The position numbers and the translations under genes were made by a program. This document shows, piece by piece, positions 1 to 10,942 of a stretch of DNA of 64,000 bases. Under the pieces are notes generated by a model, which was not told where the DNA came from, did no database searches, and saw only the letters and a list, made by a program, of their open reading frames with translations. The stretch covers positions 96,001 through 160,000 of the IMG/VR virus record IMGVR_UViG_3300014203_000001; one strand, written 5' to 3'. Every line of letters starts with the position of its first letter. Position 1 is the stretch's first letter. Origin of the DNA: a virus (taxonomy: Duplodnaviria > Caudoviricetes).

Positions 1-3000
1 ACCATCTTTACCCATAAGCAATACAGGATTGCCTTGAGATAGATTATCTTTGATACTGTCAGACGAGTTAACTTTCTCTGTTCCTATTCCATAATTGCCA
101 AGCAAATCTCCGAAATATCCAGGTTCAGTTCCTCCATCTTTTTCTTTATATCCTTTGTTTAGAGCATAGCTAGCAGCAGCTTTAGGATCTATTGATACGC
201 CTAATGCACTAGCCATATTAGTAGCGGATACTGGACCACAGCCACTGTCTTTCATACTTTGATGAACGGTATCACCTGCTGCGTTAAAGTCCATAGCATT
301 AGCTGGATCTAATTGAGAATTGAATCCTGCAGCTAATCCTCTTCCATATTTAGGACCAGTTTTGCCATATCCGTATTTACCTTTACCACCATTAAACCAA
401 CTTGAAACTGTACTCTTGGTATTCTGCCACATATCACTAGCTTTATTGGCAACGTATTGTGCGTTGTTATTAACCCAATCTACTGCGGCAGCACCTTTCT
501 CTTTTATAGATTTTAATGCATCAGCACCTTTGTCTATTACATAATTGACTCCGCTCTTGGCTCCTTCATATGCATCGCTACCCATCTTTTTAGCGGTATC
601 AACTGCAGTTTGGAATGTGGATTTTTCTGAAGCGTTATCTGTGCTATCACTAGTAGGATTGGATGCCTGAGATGATTCACTAGAAGCATTGTTTATAGCA
701 GCACTAGTCTTTTTGTTTGCATCTTCATTTGCCTTAGCAATCTTTTCTATATCAGATCTACCAAATCCAAATGGAGCACCAACATATTCTATTGCCAAAT
801 CCAATACAGTATCTGTTGGTATAACTATTCCGATTATAGGAATCATACTAATTGCAGCGTTTACTAGACCAACAACAAATTTCATTCCAGTTGTAGCTCC
901 AGATTGTAAGTGAAGCATTTCATTAGCACTGCTCCAACCTTGCAAGAACCAACCAACAGTTTCAGCTGCTCCGACAACTATAGCCCCAACTCCACCTGCT
1001 GCTAATCCAGCAGCATAAGCTGGACCCATTGCTAACTTAGTCCCTAACTTCTCTACAATCTTTGTAATGCATTTAGGGGTAGAGATCTTCTCTATTAATT
1101 TAGCACAGAATTCTTGCACACCTGCATATACACCTTTATTAGGAATCCATTTTCCTAATTTAGTAACCATTGCAGATAGCCCATCTTTAGCTTTAGCTAA
1201 AAATACTTGAGCTTTTTCTACCATATCTGGAGATAACCCATTCATTGCTTTGGCTGCTACTGAGGTGAATCCTAAAATCCCCCCTATAGTACCGAGTGCC
1301 TTATTATCACCAGTTGGATCGTTTTGTGTAGGAGTGTCAGGTCCTTGATAATCAGCTTGGTTATCTCCTCCACCTGAGAGTTTATACGCACCATAGCTAA
1401 GTGCAGCAACACCAGCTACAGCTGCTCCTATTTTACCAGCTTTAGCCCATTTAGATGATCTATTTCCGGCAGTATTATTAGCTCTAGATCCTCTTCTTCG
1501 CCTCTTCTTTTTATCATCGCCATTTGCTAGATCTGATAGAGGATTGTCATTATCTTCTGCTCCGCCACTGCCATTATTATTTATAGCATCTAGGATTTGC
1601 TGTAGATAGCTAACAATAGATGTTCTATTTACATTGATAGCGTCTATCATATCTGTAGGTTCATCTACTGGATTTCCGTCAGCCCCGATTGCATTTGCCT
1701 CAGTAGCCGAAGATTGCTCGCCGCCACCAAACAGACCAGATATAGCATTTTTACCTTTAGTTGCCCATTTACCGACTTTACTATTAGTAAATTTGTCATT
1801 CCATTTACCAACTTTTTGACCGAACTTAGTTCCCATAAATTTATCTTTTAGTTTGCCACCTAGAATCCCAGCTTTATCTCCTGCCCAATTAAAAGCAGTC
1901 TTTCCAGCATCTAGTGCTTTATTACCAGCCCAGCTAGCAGCATTTTTGATTTTCCCACCAGCCCAACCAAGAGCACTTTTTGCCAATCCTCCTAGACCTA
2001 ACATTTCTAAAGGTGCTAGTAATAAACTACCCATACTTTTAAGCAAAGTTAATGGCATTTTAAATAAACCTAATAGACCACTTAGTGCTCCCAATAATCC
2101 ACCTTTAGCAGTCTCAACAGTTTTGTTAATAGCATTGCCAGCTTTACCTTTAGCAGTTCCTGCTAAGATCTTAAGGTTTTCTAATATACCTTTTTGAGTA
2201 TTGTCTCTTTCGGCAATATGATCAGTAATAGCTTTATTATCTTTACTATTATCCATTCTCATAGAACCATCAGTTGCTTTCGTATATGTAGCCATACCAT
2301 AGTCTGTAGGGACTTGTTTACCTAAAAATTTGTCTTTTAATTTACTGGCTCCAGCTACCGCACTGGCTAGAGGAGCTTTAAAACCATCAGTGAACCCACC
2401 AATATGCATAGGTCCGCCAGATTTAGCAGCACTTACCATTTCAGAGAAGCTTTGTTTTGCTGGTTCGATGCGTTCACCTTTAGATACTACAGCAACTCCA
2501 CCTTTAGAAATAGAAGCAGCTCCTTCAGCAAACATGTTTGCGAAACCTTTATCTTTAGTAGCTAAAGTTTCACCAATACTTTTAATTTTACCTTTAATAG
2601 CCGCACCATATTTACTTCTTAAAGGTGCAGTTATCTCTTTGGCTGCATCTACAGTATCTTTAACTTTATCACCAAATGATCTGTAGTCGTGGGTATTATT
2701 CTCATTTTCATTTTTAATTATTCCGTGAGATGCTTTATCAGAATCTGCATTTTTGCTACTATTCATAGCATCCATTGCTTTTCCTTTGAACTTATCACTT
2801 AGATACCTAGATTTAGATTTAGCCATTTCCATAAGATTTTTCTGGCTCTCATTAGTATATCCAGCCTTATATAGTTCCACCATACCTTTTAATATCTCAG
2901 GATCGGCTTCTATTATAGCATCCATATCAGTAATTTTCATACCGCTTTTGGTAATAGCAACTACGTTATCAAACCCAGACTGTGACATCTTGGCTATTTT

Positions 3001-6000
3001 ATCATAGTCTTTAATATCATATCCAGTAGATTGAATAGTTAGGAATCTATTCAGCTGTTTATCTGAATAATCCATAGCAGTATTTATATCGTTTAGTTTA
3101 TGACCAGCTTCGGCACTTTTACGAATCATTTTATGTCTTCGTTTATTATCAGTCATACTATATCTGTGGCGTGCGTCTATTTTTGTATCTCCACCATATA
3201 AAGATTCTATAGCTTTGTTTCTAGAATCAGCTGCATCATCGTTTGTATTTTTATAGACTTCTGATGCTCGCTTACCTTGTTCTTTATCATTTACTAAAGC
3301 TCTTCTCTGTTCTGGAGTTATTCCTTGTAGTGTATCTCTAATCTCAGTTAATGTATCTAATTGAGGTTTTAAATAATCTACAAGTTTATCAGTATTGGTT
3401 TCAAGAGCAGAATTCATAGAAGACATTTGTTCTTCTTCAGCACCACTAGGTGTTTTATCGTGTCTAGATTGTATTTCAGTTTCTAATACAGATCTGTACT
3501 TATCGATATTTTTAGCATTAATACCTTTGATACCATGCTTTTCTTGCAGAGTTTTATAGATATCGTTTTCGTTACCAGTATAGTTATCTTTACGATATTT
3601 GCTTTCTCTATACTTATCTGCTTTTTCATTAAGTTCTGATGATAGTTTTTGTTTCTCGGCAGTACTTAAGTTAGACTGTTGTATTAGATCCTGTACTCTT
3701 TGCATATCTCCTTCTTGAGCAGCTTTATGGATATTATATGCAGTAGCTTTATCCCATTTATAAGAACTAGCTTTATTATATACAGTATCTTTTAGATCTT
3801 GGCTATATTCATCATGTCTAGAATCGACAAACTTCTTACCTTTCTTTAGTTCACCCATCAGATCGCTAACTTTTACTAAATCACCTTTCTTAGCTCCAGC
3901 TAGTTGTGTATCATAATCTTTAAGTTTATAATCTTTACCTTTGCTAGCCATGAACTCTAAACGTTCACTGGCAGTCATATAATCAGCATTAGATTTACTA
4001 ATTTGATGTGCTCTAGCTGTATCTGCTACAGCTTCTAAAGCTTTGAATGGCGATGATACTACCTTTCCTAAACCATTTTTAAGAAATCCAGATATTTTAC
4101 CCATACCTTTTTTAAATGGAGCAAGTAAAGGTTTTGCTATAATCTTAATAGGAGTTAAAACAGCATCGAGTGCTGTAGAGACTACAGGTTTTACAATACC
4201 AGTTATAGTTTTTCCTATAATTTTCATAGTATCTTTCATAGCTAAAGATATCTGTTTTCCTAAAGGTGCTATAGAACGTTTGAGAGGAGTTAGCATATCA
4301 CGTTTAACAAAATTAACAAATGTACTCTGCATTGTATTTCCGAAAGACGCCAATGGATCGATAAGGGCACTTCTTAAACTTCCGGCTAAGCCACCTTTTC
4401 TATTTCCTTTTGCGTCGGCTTTACCTAGCATCATATCTTTGAATTCATCTGTAGTTGTAGCTAATCCGATACCACTACCTAATATAGCATTACCGAGTAG
4501 ACCGAATGGTCCTAAGAACATAGTACTTATAGCTCCAGCTGCTACATGAGGAAATACCTTTTGGATAATCTTTTTACTATCATCATTTATCAATCCAGTT
4601 TTACCAAATAGAGAATTCTTAACAGTTTCATTATTCTTAGCAAAGCTAATAGCAGAACCCATCATTAATCCACCTAAAGGTCCAAGTGGAGTAAGCATAC
4701 CTAGAACGGTACCCGTTATACCATACGTCTTAGCGTCTGGTAAGTATTTTTTCATTGTATCTTGGAACTCAGAAGAGAATAATCCGCCAGCTCTTTTACC
4801 AGTTTCATTTCCTTCAGCATCGTATACTTTTTCACCGAATAGACTCTTTTGTAGAGTTTCACTATTAGAAACTACAGATATGGCAGAACCTGCTACCGCT
4901 CCTAATAATGGTCCACCTATACCAGTAAGTAATCCTACAGTACCTCCTAGTAAACCACCAGCTATTCCTTTAGGTAAATGCTTTCTAACTTCTTCATTAG
5001 TCTTAGTTAATATTTTAGATGAATCATCGGTATTAAATAGAGTATTGAAGAAACTTGTAGCTCCCGATTTAACATCATCTGTTAGTTTAGCAAATCCAGT
5101 ATTCTCTTTAGTACCAAAAGCAGTGCTACCTTCTGCGTTTTGTGCTATATCGTTTACATCGAATGATTTTCCTATTCTTTGTTTAATACGCTTTTCATTC
5201 TCTGCATCCTTAGCTCTATCTGCATATTTAAGATTTGGGTTGTATGGATTTACATCTGAAGGGATGATTGCTTCGCCTTCAGATACAATAGTTAAACCAC
5301 TTTTAGTGATATTTCTAGCGCCAGTTGCAAAATGAGAGATCTTATTAGTTCTGTTATCATATGCGTTAGGATCTGTTTGCAGATCCATACCTAGAATTTT
5401 ATAATAATCCTCGTCCCGAGCAGATGGTTTATCATCTTTACCTACGAATTTATTCCCTACCTCCGTAAAGTTTTCCAACCTAGTCGTACCAGCTACAAGT
5501 TTAGCTGCTCGTTTCCCTTGTTTCTTCGATCCAAATTTTACCCCATCAAGTTGTCTTTTTATCATCCCAGATGAGCTATATGATTGCAATAGTGGAGTTA
5601 AAGACGAATCTATCTTTCCAACTTCAGATACAAATTTATCGAAATTTGTATTTATTTCACCAAGAGATTCTAGTGAATTAGTAGTTATTAATTCAGATAC
5701 TATTCCGCTTATTCTATCTTCAGATATTCCAATTTTCCCTAAAGCATTAGAGAATATATTAGTATATCTTCCCACTAAGGCTCCCTTAGAAGCTATTATA
5801 GTATTTAGTTTCTCTGTTAGTTCACTCGCACCTTGTATATCGCCTTGGGAATTTGCACGATTGATATCGACTTGTATTCCTTTTAGTGGATCACCTTTCA
5901 TTCCAGTAGTAGCATTTTTATACTCTTTAGCCAATGCCTCTACTGTTTTGTAAGCTTGTTTAGCTTCTGGTCTAGAACTAGCTACATTTAGTATACTAGA

Positions 6001-9000
6001 CATATAGTTTATAGCATCTTCGAAATCTCTATTACCTCTGAATTCGGATTTGTTTTTATTTTCTTTAGCATATTCTAAAAGAAGTTTTGGATCTAATGAA
6101 GCTTTATCTTTACTAGTTCCAGTTTCGTCCCATAGAGATTTCTTTTTAGCTTCTAAAGCAGCTTTCTCTTTAGTTAGCTTTTCCATTCCTGTTTTAAGTT
6201 TAGAAATTTCTTTTTGAAGAGATTTAGCTTCTTCTAAATCTGCTTTATTTTCATCAGTATTTAGATGAGAATACTCGTCCGATTCTAGGTTAACTTTTGA
6301 TAGATCTGTTACACCAAGAAGATTTTTAAGTTCATCTAAGCGTTTAGTATGTTTAGCTTTCTTAGCAGATATTGCTTTGTCCTCATCAGTTTCAGCATAT
6401 TCATTTATTCTGCTACTAACTTTAGTTATATTAGAATTAGTTTCATCGTATTCTTTACTCTTTTGAGATACTTTATCTTCAGCATTAGTATATATAATGT
6501 CTAACTGCTTCTCTATTCTAGCCCGTTCTTTTGGATCTGTGGTTGAATTTAGTTTATTTAAGAGATCTGCTTCTTTAGATTGTAATTTAGCGTGCAAATT
6601 TTTATACCCAGATATTTTAGAGCTATTAGCCATTGCGGTTCTAAATAATCTGGATTCGTCTAAATGATCTACTCCTGCTTTTTTCTTAGCTGAGGTTAAC
6701 TTCTGTTCATCGGTCTGTTCTCCTAGAACCTGATTATGATAGAATTGGTTGGCATCTTTTTTAGATTTCTGAAGATCTTTCTTAGCTTCTTCATATGCTT
6801 GCTTGAAAGTGTCTTTAACTGCGTCTATAGTTGGTTGTAATATTCCGTTATCTCCCACAAAGAAACCTTTAGCTTTACTAAAAATCTCATCTACATCAAT
6901 ATTAGTATATTTCTTTAAAGCATTCTTTCCAGCTTCCCACATAGACTTTCCACCGAATTTATCTTTAAAAGGTTTTAGTAAAGAATTATCTATCCAATCA
7001 TTTACTTTACCAAAAGTTCCTTTTAATTCAAATACCATTCGGTTGAAGAAACCTTTTACTTTATTACCTTTCTCATCGGTAACGCCAGTTTCTTTACCAT
7101 AGAAGAAATCATATATATTTTGATCTGCTTTGGTAAGCATACCAGTTAGAAGATCTGATGGTTTAGCAGTTAATTTATCTATACCATTTCTAATAACATC
7201 ATACTTAGCTCCCAAAGATCCAGCATGTAATAATTGATCTAAGAAAGTAGCTCCATCTTTCATTTCTGGATTTTCAGATATATTCTTTCTAGCTTTCTTG
7301 GCACTATCTGCCATCATTTTATTAAGCCACGTTTCGTTAGCATCATGAGTTCTTCTATCTTCTGCAAGTTTAGCATTATGAGCATTAGTATATATAGCTC
7401 CAGTAGCGGCAGATGTATCATCCATATATTGATCCACTTCAGCAACTATCTTACCATTGGCTTTGGCTCGTTTAGCATCTTCTTGACTTTTAACTCTATG
7501 CTGTTCATTTAGATTGGCTTCTTGCTCTTCTCTTAACTTAGCATTGGATTTGTCTTTAGGTCCTAATTGTGATTCATAATAGTTCTTCCAATCTTTTTCA
7601 GTGAATTGATTGAAATCTATAGTATTATTATCTGGGGCGAATTTACCTTTCTTTCCTCTGCTTTTTCCACCAATACTACCACCTTTTCTAACTATAAATA
7701 ACTCTTGGTGGATCATTCTTAGATAGTCAAATATATTCTTCTTAAATGGATCTTGTATCTTTAGAAGATTAGAACTATCTCCTAGATTACCATACTTTTC
7801 TTTTATCTCTTGGGTTTTAGAATCTTGCCTAATATGGGAATCCATTCCGTAGTTATTTGTTAGGTTACCATATAAAGAATATCCTTCTTTTTCAATATTC
7901 TCCATATTCTTATTATGCATTTCTCTCTGAGACATTACGTTTCCAGGAGTAGCCATAACAGTTTTACGTTTAAGATTCTTATACATCTCTTGGAGAATTT
8001 TAAAATTGGCTTTGCTTTGTACGCCGTAGTCTGTATGTGCCGATGATTTTTTATTATTAGGATCGAAGAATCCACCGTCATCATATATTTGGGTGAACAT
8101 TGATTGCATATCTTTTAAGAAGGCTTCTTTATCTCTTCTTTCTTTAAAGACAAGAGATTGCATCATCTTTCCCATCTCATCAGATACATCAGACATAGAT
8201 GATTGTACATTACTTTTCTTTATATTAGCGAAAGAAGTTTTTATGCTTTTAGCATCAGTCCATTTACCACTATTATGATCAAAGAATCTTTCGTTCTGAC
8301 CAGACAATAATGCTTCAATTCTTCTAAGATGACCAGGGATTACTTCTACTATACTCTTTTGGGTAATGCCGTTAAAAGGAACTGCTCCCTTTTCAAACTT
8401 AGATGTATCTATAGTATTTTTGACATTATTCTTTACACCAAAGATCTTACCTAAGAATTGTTCCATTGGACTAGCATTCTCATCATTAGCATTTTTATTC
8501 ATCTTAGCAGTAAATGTGGTAAACATACCAGCCATAGTAGAATCGAACTTCTCTAATGCAGTATTTAATTTAGGACCCATCATACTAGATATTAGAAACT
8601 GTGGTATAAATCCTAGAGGATTAGAAGCTAACATCTTTAAATTCTCTTCTGATAACATGCTCATCATGCCACCACTTTGTTCGTTCAAAGTGTTCTTCGT
8701 ATTTCCCCATATGACTTTAGCATAGTTCTTCATATCAGGTATTCCGTTAGCATTGAATACATCATCAATTCTATTAGCTTTCTTCTCTTTCTCTTCTTCT
8801 AACGCAACTTTATATTTTTCTCTTTGCATAGTAACCATTTCTTTAAGAATGGCATTTTGCTCTTGAAGCAGACAAGTAGAAGTTTCAAAGAACTTTTTAG
8901 AATTCTCTACATGGACAGACATAACATCTGTGTTGAATCTGTGGAGAGCATCTACCCCAGACGATAGACTACTAAATCCAGTTTGTAAAGTATTTAGAGT

Positions 9001-9528
9001 TCTAGTAGCTTGAATATATTGCTGATTTGCGATAGCTTTACTAGTACCAGCAATATATTCAGCAGAAGATGCTACTGCATTGGATACTGCATACGCATTC
9101 TTCTTAGAAGAGTTAGCAACTGTTTTGACAACCATTTGATCGCCAGTAGTAAAATCAGTAGCAGAATCGGCTCCAGATGAATCTCCTCCGAATCCGTCGT
9201 CTATACCAGATTCCATATCAAAATCGTCAAAACTACCAAAAGAAGAGTCTTCTCTTCCTTTGTTATATAGATTACCACTCTTGATATCTTCTAATGCATT
9301 ATCAAATGCCATATCTCCAGCTTTATATACAGGACTGTTTTTTACTAGATTTTTGGCACGTTGTATTGTAGTTTTATAATCTCTAATACCATGAAATACT
9401 TCTTTATATAAATCTTGATTGGATTCAACAAAGCTAGCAGCGGCTGGGGATTTTTCGCTTAAATGTTGTACCGTTGCATATTTCACAGACCTACCAATAT
9501 TCTTTATATATTCAGCAACAGGATTCAT
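1..9528 (-). CDS. Giant tape-measure-like / lytic tail protein (>3176 aa, truncated at window edge) with C39-like cysteine peptidase domain
   Basis: ATG at 9528 with GGAGG RBS and late motif at 9555-9566. N-terminus MNPVAEYIKNIGRSVKY. The same frame reads at 1-330 as SQLDP...SGCGPVSATNMASALG...GNPVLLMG (C39-like). Two FAxG...V.xGE.I.P motifs (~5260-5337, ~2465-2535) and Gly/hydrophobic repeats. The track lists no minus ORF here, consistent with no stop inside the window. Confidence 0.85.
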   Translation of the reverse strand, partial: MNPVAEYIKNIGRSVKYATVQHLSEKSPAAASFVESNQDLYKEVFHGIRDYKTTIQRAKNLVKNSPVYKAGDMAFDNALEDIKSGNLYNKGREDSSFGSFDDFDMESGIDDGFGGDSSGADSATDFTTGDQMVVKTVANSSKKNAYAVSNAVASSAEYIAGTSKAIANQQYIQATRTLNTLQTGFSSLSSGVDALHRFNTDVMSVHVENSKKFFETSTCLLQEQNAILKEMVTMQREKYKVALEEEKEKKANRIDDVFNANGIPDMKNYAKVIWGNTKNTLNEQSGGMMSMLSEENLKMLASNPLGFIPQFLISSMMGPKLNTALEKFDSTMAGMFTTFTAKMNKNANDENASPMEQFLGKIFGVKNNVKNTIDTSKFEKGAVPFNGITQKSIVEVIPGHLRRIEALLSGQNERFFDHNSGKWTDAKSIKTSFANIKKSNVQSSMSDVSDEMGKMMQSLVFKERRDKEAFLKDMQSMFTQIYDDGGFFDPNNKKSSAHTDYGVQSKANFKILQEMYKNLKRKTVMATPGNVMSQREMHNKNMENIEKEGYSLYGNLTNNYGMDSHIRQDSKTQEIKEKYGNLGDSSNLLKIQDPFKKNIFDYLRMIHQELFIVRKGGSIGGKSRGKKGKFAPDNNTIDFNQFTEKDWKNYYESQLGPKDKSNAKLREEQEANLNEQHRVKSQEDAKRAKANGKIVAEVDQYMDDTSAATGAIYTNAHNAKLAEDRRTHDANETWLNKMMADSAKKARKNISENPEMKDGATFLDQLLHAGSLGAKYDVIRNGIDKLTAKPSDLLTGMLTKADQNIYDFFYGKETGVTDEKGNKVKGFFNRMVFELKGTFGKVNDWIDNSLLKPFKDKFGGKSMWEAGKNALKKYTNIDVDEIFSKAKGFFVGDNGILQPTIDAVKDTFKQAYEEAKKDLQKSKKDANQFYHNQVLGEQTDEQKLTSAKKKAGVDHLDESRLFRTAMANSSKISGYKNLHAKLQSKEADLLNKLNSTTDPKERARIEKQLDIIYTNAEDKVSQKSKEYDETNSNITKVSSRINEYAETDEDKAISAKKAKHTKRLDELKNLLGVTDLSKVNLESDEYSHLNTDENKADLEEAKSLQKEISKLKTGMEKLTKEKAALEAKKKSLWDETGTSKDKASLDPKLLLEYAKENKNKSEFRGNRDFEDAINYMSSILNVASSRPEAKQAYKTVEALAKEYKNATTGMKGDPLKGIQVDINRANSQGDIQGASELTEKLNTIIASKGALVGRYTNIFSNALGKIGISEDRISGIVSELITTNSLESLGEINTNFDKFVSEVGKIDSSLTPLLQSYSSSGMIKRQLDGVKFGSKKQGKRAAKLVAGTTRLENFTEVGNKFVGKDDKPSARDEDYYKILGMDLQTDPNAYDNRTNKISHFATGARNITKSGLTIVSEGEAIIPSDVNPYNPNLKYADRAKDAENEKRIKQRIGKSFDVNDIAQNAEGSTAFGTKENTGFAKLTDDVKSGATSFFNTLFNTDDSSKILTKTNEEVRKHLPKGIAGGLLGGTVGLLTGIGGPLLGAVAGSAISVVSNSETLQKSLFGEKVYDAEGNETGKRAGGLFSSEFQDTMKKYLPDAKTYGITGTVLGMLTPLGPLGGLMMGSAISFAKNNETVKNSLFGKTGLINDDSKKIIQKVFPHVAAGAISTMFLGPFGLLGNAILGSGIGLATTTDEFKDMMLGKADAKGNRKGGLAGSLRSALIDPLASFGNTMQSTFVNFVKRDMLTPLKRSIAPLGKQISLAMKDTMKIIGKTITGIVKPVVSTALDAVLTPIKIIAKPLLAPFKKGMGKISGFLKNGLGKVVSSPFKALEAVADTARAHQISKSNADYMTASERLEFMASKGKDYKLKDYDTQLAGAKKGDLVKVSDLMGELKKGKKFVDSRHDEYSQDLKDTVYNKASSYKWDKATAYNIHKAAQEGDMQRVQDLIQQSNLSTAEKQKLSSELNEKADKYRESKYRKDNYTGNENDIYKTLQEKHGIKGINAKNIDKYRSVLETEIQSRHDKTPSGAEEEQMSSMNSALETNTDKLVDYLKPQLDTLTEIRDTLQGITPEQRRALVNDKEQGKRASEVYKNTNDDAADSRNKAIESLYGGDTKIDARHRYSMTDNKRRHKMIRKSAEAGHKLNDINTAMDYSDKQLNRFLTIQSTGYDIKDYDKIAKMSQSGFDNVVAITKSGMKITDMDAIIEADPEILKGMVELYKAGYTNESQKNLMEMAKSKSRYLSDKFKGKAMDAMNSSKNADSDKASHGIIKNENENNTHDYRSFGDKVKDTVDAAKEITAPLRSKYGAAIKGKIKSIGETLATKDKGFANMFAEGAASISKGGVAVVSKGERIEPAKQSFSEMVSAAKSGGPMHIGGFTDGFKAPLASAVAGASKLKDKFLGKQVPTDYGMATYTKATDGSMRMDNSKDNKAITDHIAERDNTQKGILENLKILAGTAKGKAGNAINKTVETAKGGLLGALSGLLGLFKMPLTLLKSMGSLLLAPLEMLGLGGLAKSALGWAGGKIKNAASWAGNKALDAGKTAFNWAGDKAGILGGKLKDKFMGTKFGQKVGKWNDKFTNSKVGKWATKGKNAISGLFGGGEQSSATEANAIGADGNPVDEPTDMIDAINVNRTSIVSYLQQILDAINNNGSGGAEDNDNPLSDLANGDDKKKRRRRGSRANNTAGNRSSKWAKAGKIGAAVAGVAALSYGAYKLSGGGDNQADYQGPDTPTQNDPTGDNKALGTIGGILGFTSVAAKAMNGLSPDMVEKAQVFLAKAKDGLSAMVTKLGKWIPNKGVYAGVQEFCAKLIEKISTPKCITKIVEKLGTKLAMGPAYAAGLAAGGVGAIVVGAAETVGWFLQGWSSANEMLHLQSGATTGMKFVVGLVNAAISMIPIIGIVIPTDTVLDLAIEYVGAPFGFGRSDIEKIAKANEDANKKTSAAINNASSESSQASNPTSDSTDNASEKSTFQTAVDTAKKMGSDAYEGAKSGVNYVIDKGADALKSIKEKGAAAVDWVNNNAQYVANKASDMWQNTKSTVSSWFNGGKGKYGYGKTGPKYGRGLAAGFNSQLDPANAMDFNAAGDTVHQSMKDSGCGPVSATNMASALGVSIDPKAAASYALNKGYKEKDGGTEPGYFGDLLGNYGIGTEKVNSSDSIKDNLSQGNPVLLMGKDG

Positions 9529-9554
9529 TCCTATTCCTCCTTTCACTATACGAT

Positions 9555-9566
9555 TATATCTATGTT
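9555..9566 (-). promoter_or_regulatory. Late-type promoter AACA-N6-TA
   Basis: AACATAGATATA on minus strand, ~15 nt upstream of the RBS of the giant tail ORF. Confidence 0.7.
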
Positions 9567-9582
9567 TTGTCAGATAGAAATG

Positions 9583-9607
9583 CAGACTACAGCATTGCTG
9601 TAGTCTG
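9583..9607. terminator. Intergenic palindrome (AGACTAC family)
   Basis: CAGACTACAGCA-T-TGCTGTAGTCTG just after the stop of 9612..9851. Confidence 0.7.
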
Positions 9608-9611
9608 ATAT

Positions 9612-9851
9612 TCAATATTGTTTAAATTTAGCAAGATCTTCCAATGGAATGCAAGTATTAATTATTTCTCCGTCTAAGCTGGTAATAATTGCAGTAGGAA
9701 TGTTCATCCCAGTACTAGTATTACCGATGCCGCCCCTATGAATTGATGATAACATTTCATCAACTTGCTCTTTTGTGTATAACCCTAGATCTGTTCTATT
9801 TTTGATAAGAATATCGTGGCATTCTTTTGTAGTCATTTCTGAAAATAGCAT
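9612..9851 (-). CDS. Hypothetical protein, paralog of 9905..10123
   Basis: Shared FSEMTTxEC motif and C-terminal TSxDxE...I.xED; RBS; TACA-N6-TA at 9879-9890. Confidence 0.7.
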   Translation of the reverse strand: MLFSEMTTKECHDILIKNRTDLGLYTKEQVDEMLSSIHRGGIGNTSTGMNIPTAIITSLDGEIINTCIPLEDLAKFKQY

Positions 9852-9904
9852 AATATACACCGTCCTCTTAAATTTATTTATTATTATGTAAACGGGTTCA
9901 AATT

Positions 9905-10123
9905 CTAACTATTTTTCCATCTATTAATATCTTCTACACTTATATCTGCACATACAGTTTCACTATCTTTACTAGTAACGTAAACCATATCGCCTAATAT
10001 TTTCATCTCTAAAATTTGTCCCATTGTATATCTTGATAGACATGTTCCTTTGCTTTTAAATAAGTCTTTGCATTCTTCTGTGGTCATTTCTGAAAAATAT
10101 CTACGATCTCTTTTACTGAACAT
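9905..10123 (-). CDS. Hypothetical protein, paralog of 9612..9851
   Basis: FSEMTTEEC motif, GGAG RBS, AACA-N6-TA at 10151-10162. Confidence 0.7.
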   Translation of the reverse strand: MFSKRDRRYFSEMTTEECKDLFKSKGTCLSRYTMGQILEMKILGDMVYVTSKDSETVCADISVEDINRWKNS

Positions 10124-10174
10124 AATATATCACTCCAATATATCTTATAATACTATCATGTTGAGACAAAGGAC

Positions 10175-10202
10175 ATAAGACTACTCCTAGGAGTAGTCTT
10201 AT
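10175..10202. repeat. Perfect 28-bp palindrome; its 18-bp core is repeated at 10461-10478
   Basis: ATAAGACTACTCCTAGGAGTAGTCTTAT. Confidence 0.9.
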
Positions 10203-10438
10203 ATTTTATTAATCCTATCAAAGACACTTTTAGAATATATTTTATCGTTTTCTAACCTTTTTGTTATTTTTCTAAATATATCATCATTAGAACATTTTAT
10301 ATTTAATGTATCATTTTCACTGTCTTTGTATACAACTATTTTACCAGCTTTAACAGAATTTGATAATGCTAATCTAAATTCTATCTCTGTATAATGCTCT
10401 AATGAATATAATTCTGATTAGCATATTATAATATTCAT
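10199..10438 (-). pseudogene. 79-codon gene with in-frame TAA at codon 7
   Basis: GGAGGA RBS, MNIIIC*SELYSLEHYTEIEFRLALS...RINKI*; the frame is open after the TAA at 10418-10420. Confidence 0.6.
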
Positions 10439-10478
10439 ATATCCTCCAAAAATAAAAGATACTACTCCTAGGAGTAGT

Positions 10479-10922
10479 CTAGTATGGCATAAAAGTATAA
10501 TTACATGAGTCATTATATTGGAATATCATTATGTCATCGTCCCAACAAAATACTGTCATTTTATAATACGTATCAGAATAAATATTTGATTGTCCTTTAT
10601 AATAATTTATGCAAAAATCTATGGAATATTTTTCATCTTCCGAAAATACAACTATATTCTCTTTAGGAACAGAGAAGCTATTGAACAGCTCTATAACCAT
10701 CAAATTAAAATCAGATGTTGTATTCGATAAAATAAAGGTTGTATTCCTTATATCATCCTTATTCCAACCCACTATACTAAATTGATGGCGTAGAGTGTTG
10801 GCTATAGTTTCTATTTTACCTCTTTCTTCACTACCAATAATCATCACGGTTTTAGGTAAAGAATCACTAAGTTTTTTAATATAGGTTGGTATAGCATTAA
10901 TAGCACTTGTAATATCGATCAT
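10479..10922 (-). CDS. Hypothetical protein
   Basis: 147 aa, GGAGG RBS, bounded by palindromes. Confidence 0.75.
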   Translation of the reverse strand: MIDITSAINAIPTYIKKLSDSLPKTVMIIGSEERGKIETIANTLRHQFSIVGWNKDDIRNTTFILSNTTSDFNLMVIELFNSFSVPKENIVVFSEDEKYSIDFCINYYKGQSNIYSDTYYKMTVFCWDDDIMIFQYNDSCNYTFMPY

Positions 10923-10942
10923 GATATAACCTCCGATAAATT

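Noticed and set aside
320-8725. Plus-strand ORFs listed in the track
   Set aside because: Antisense shadows of the giant minus-strand ORF; no RBS or promoter motif, and composition typical of reverse-frame translation.
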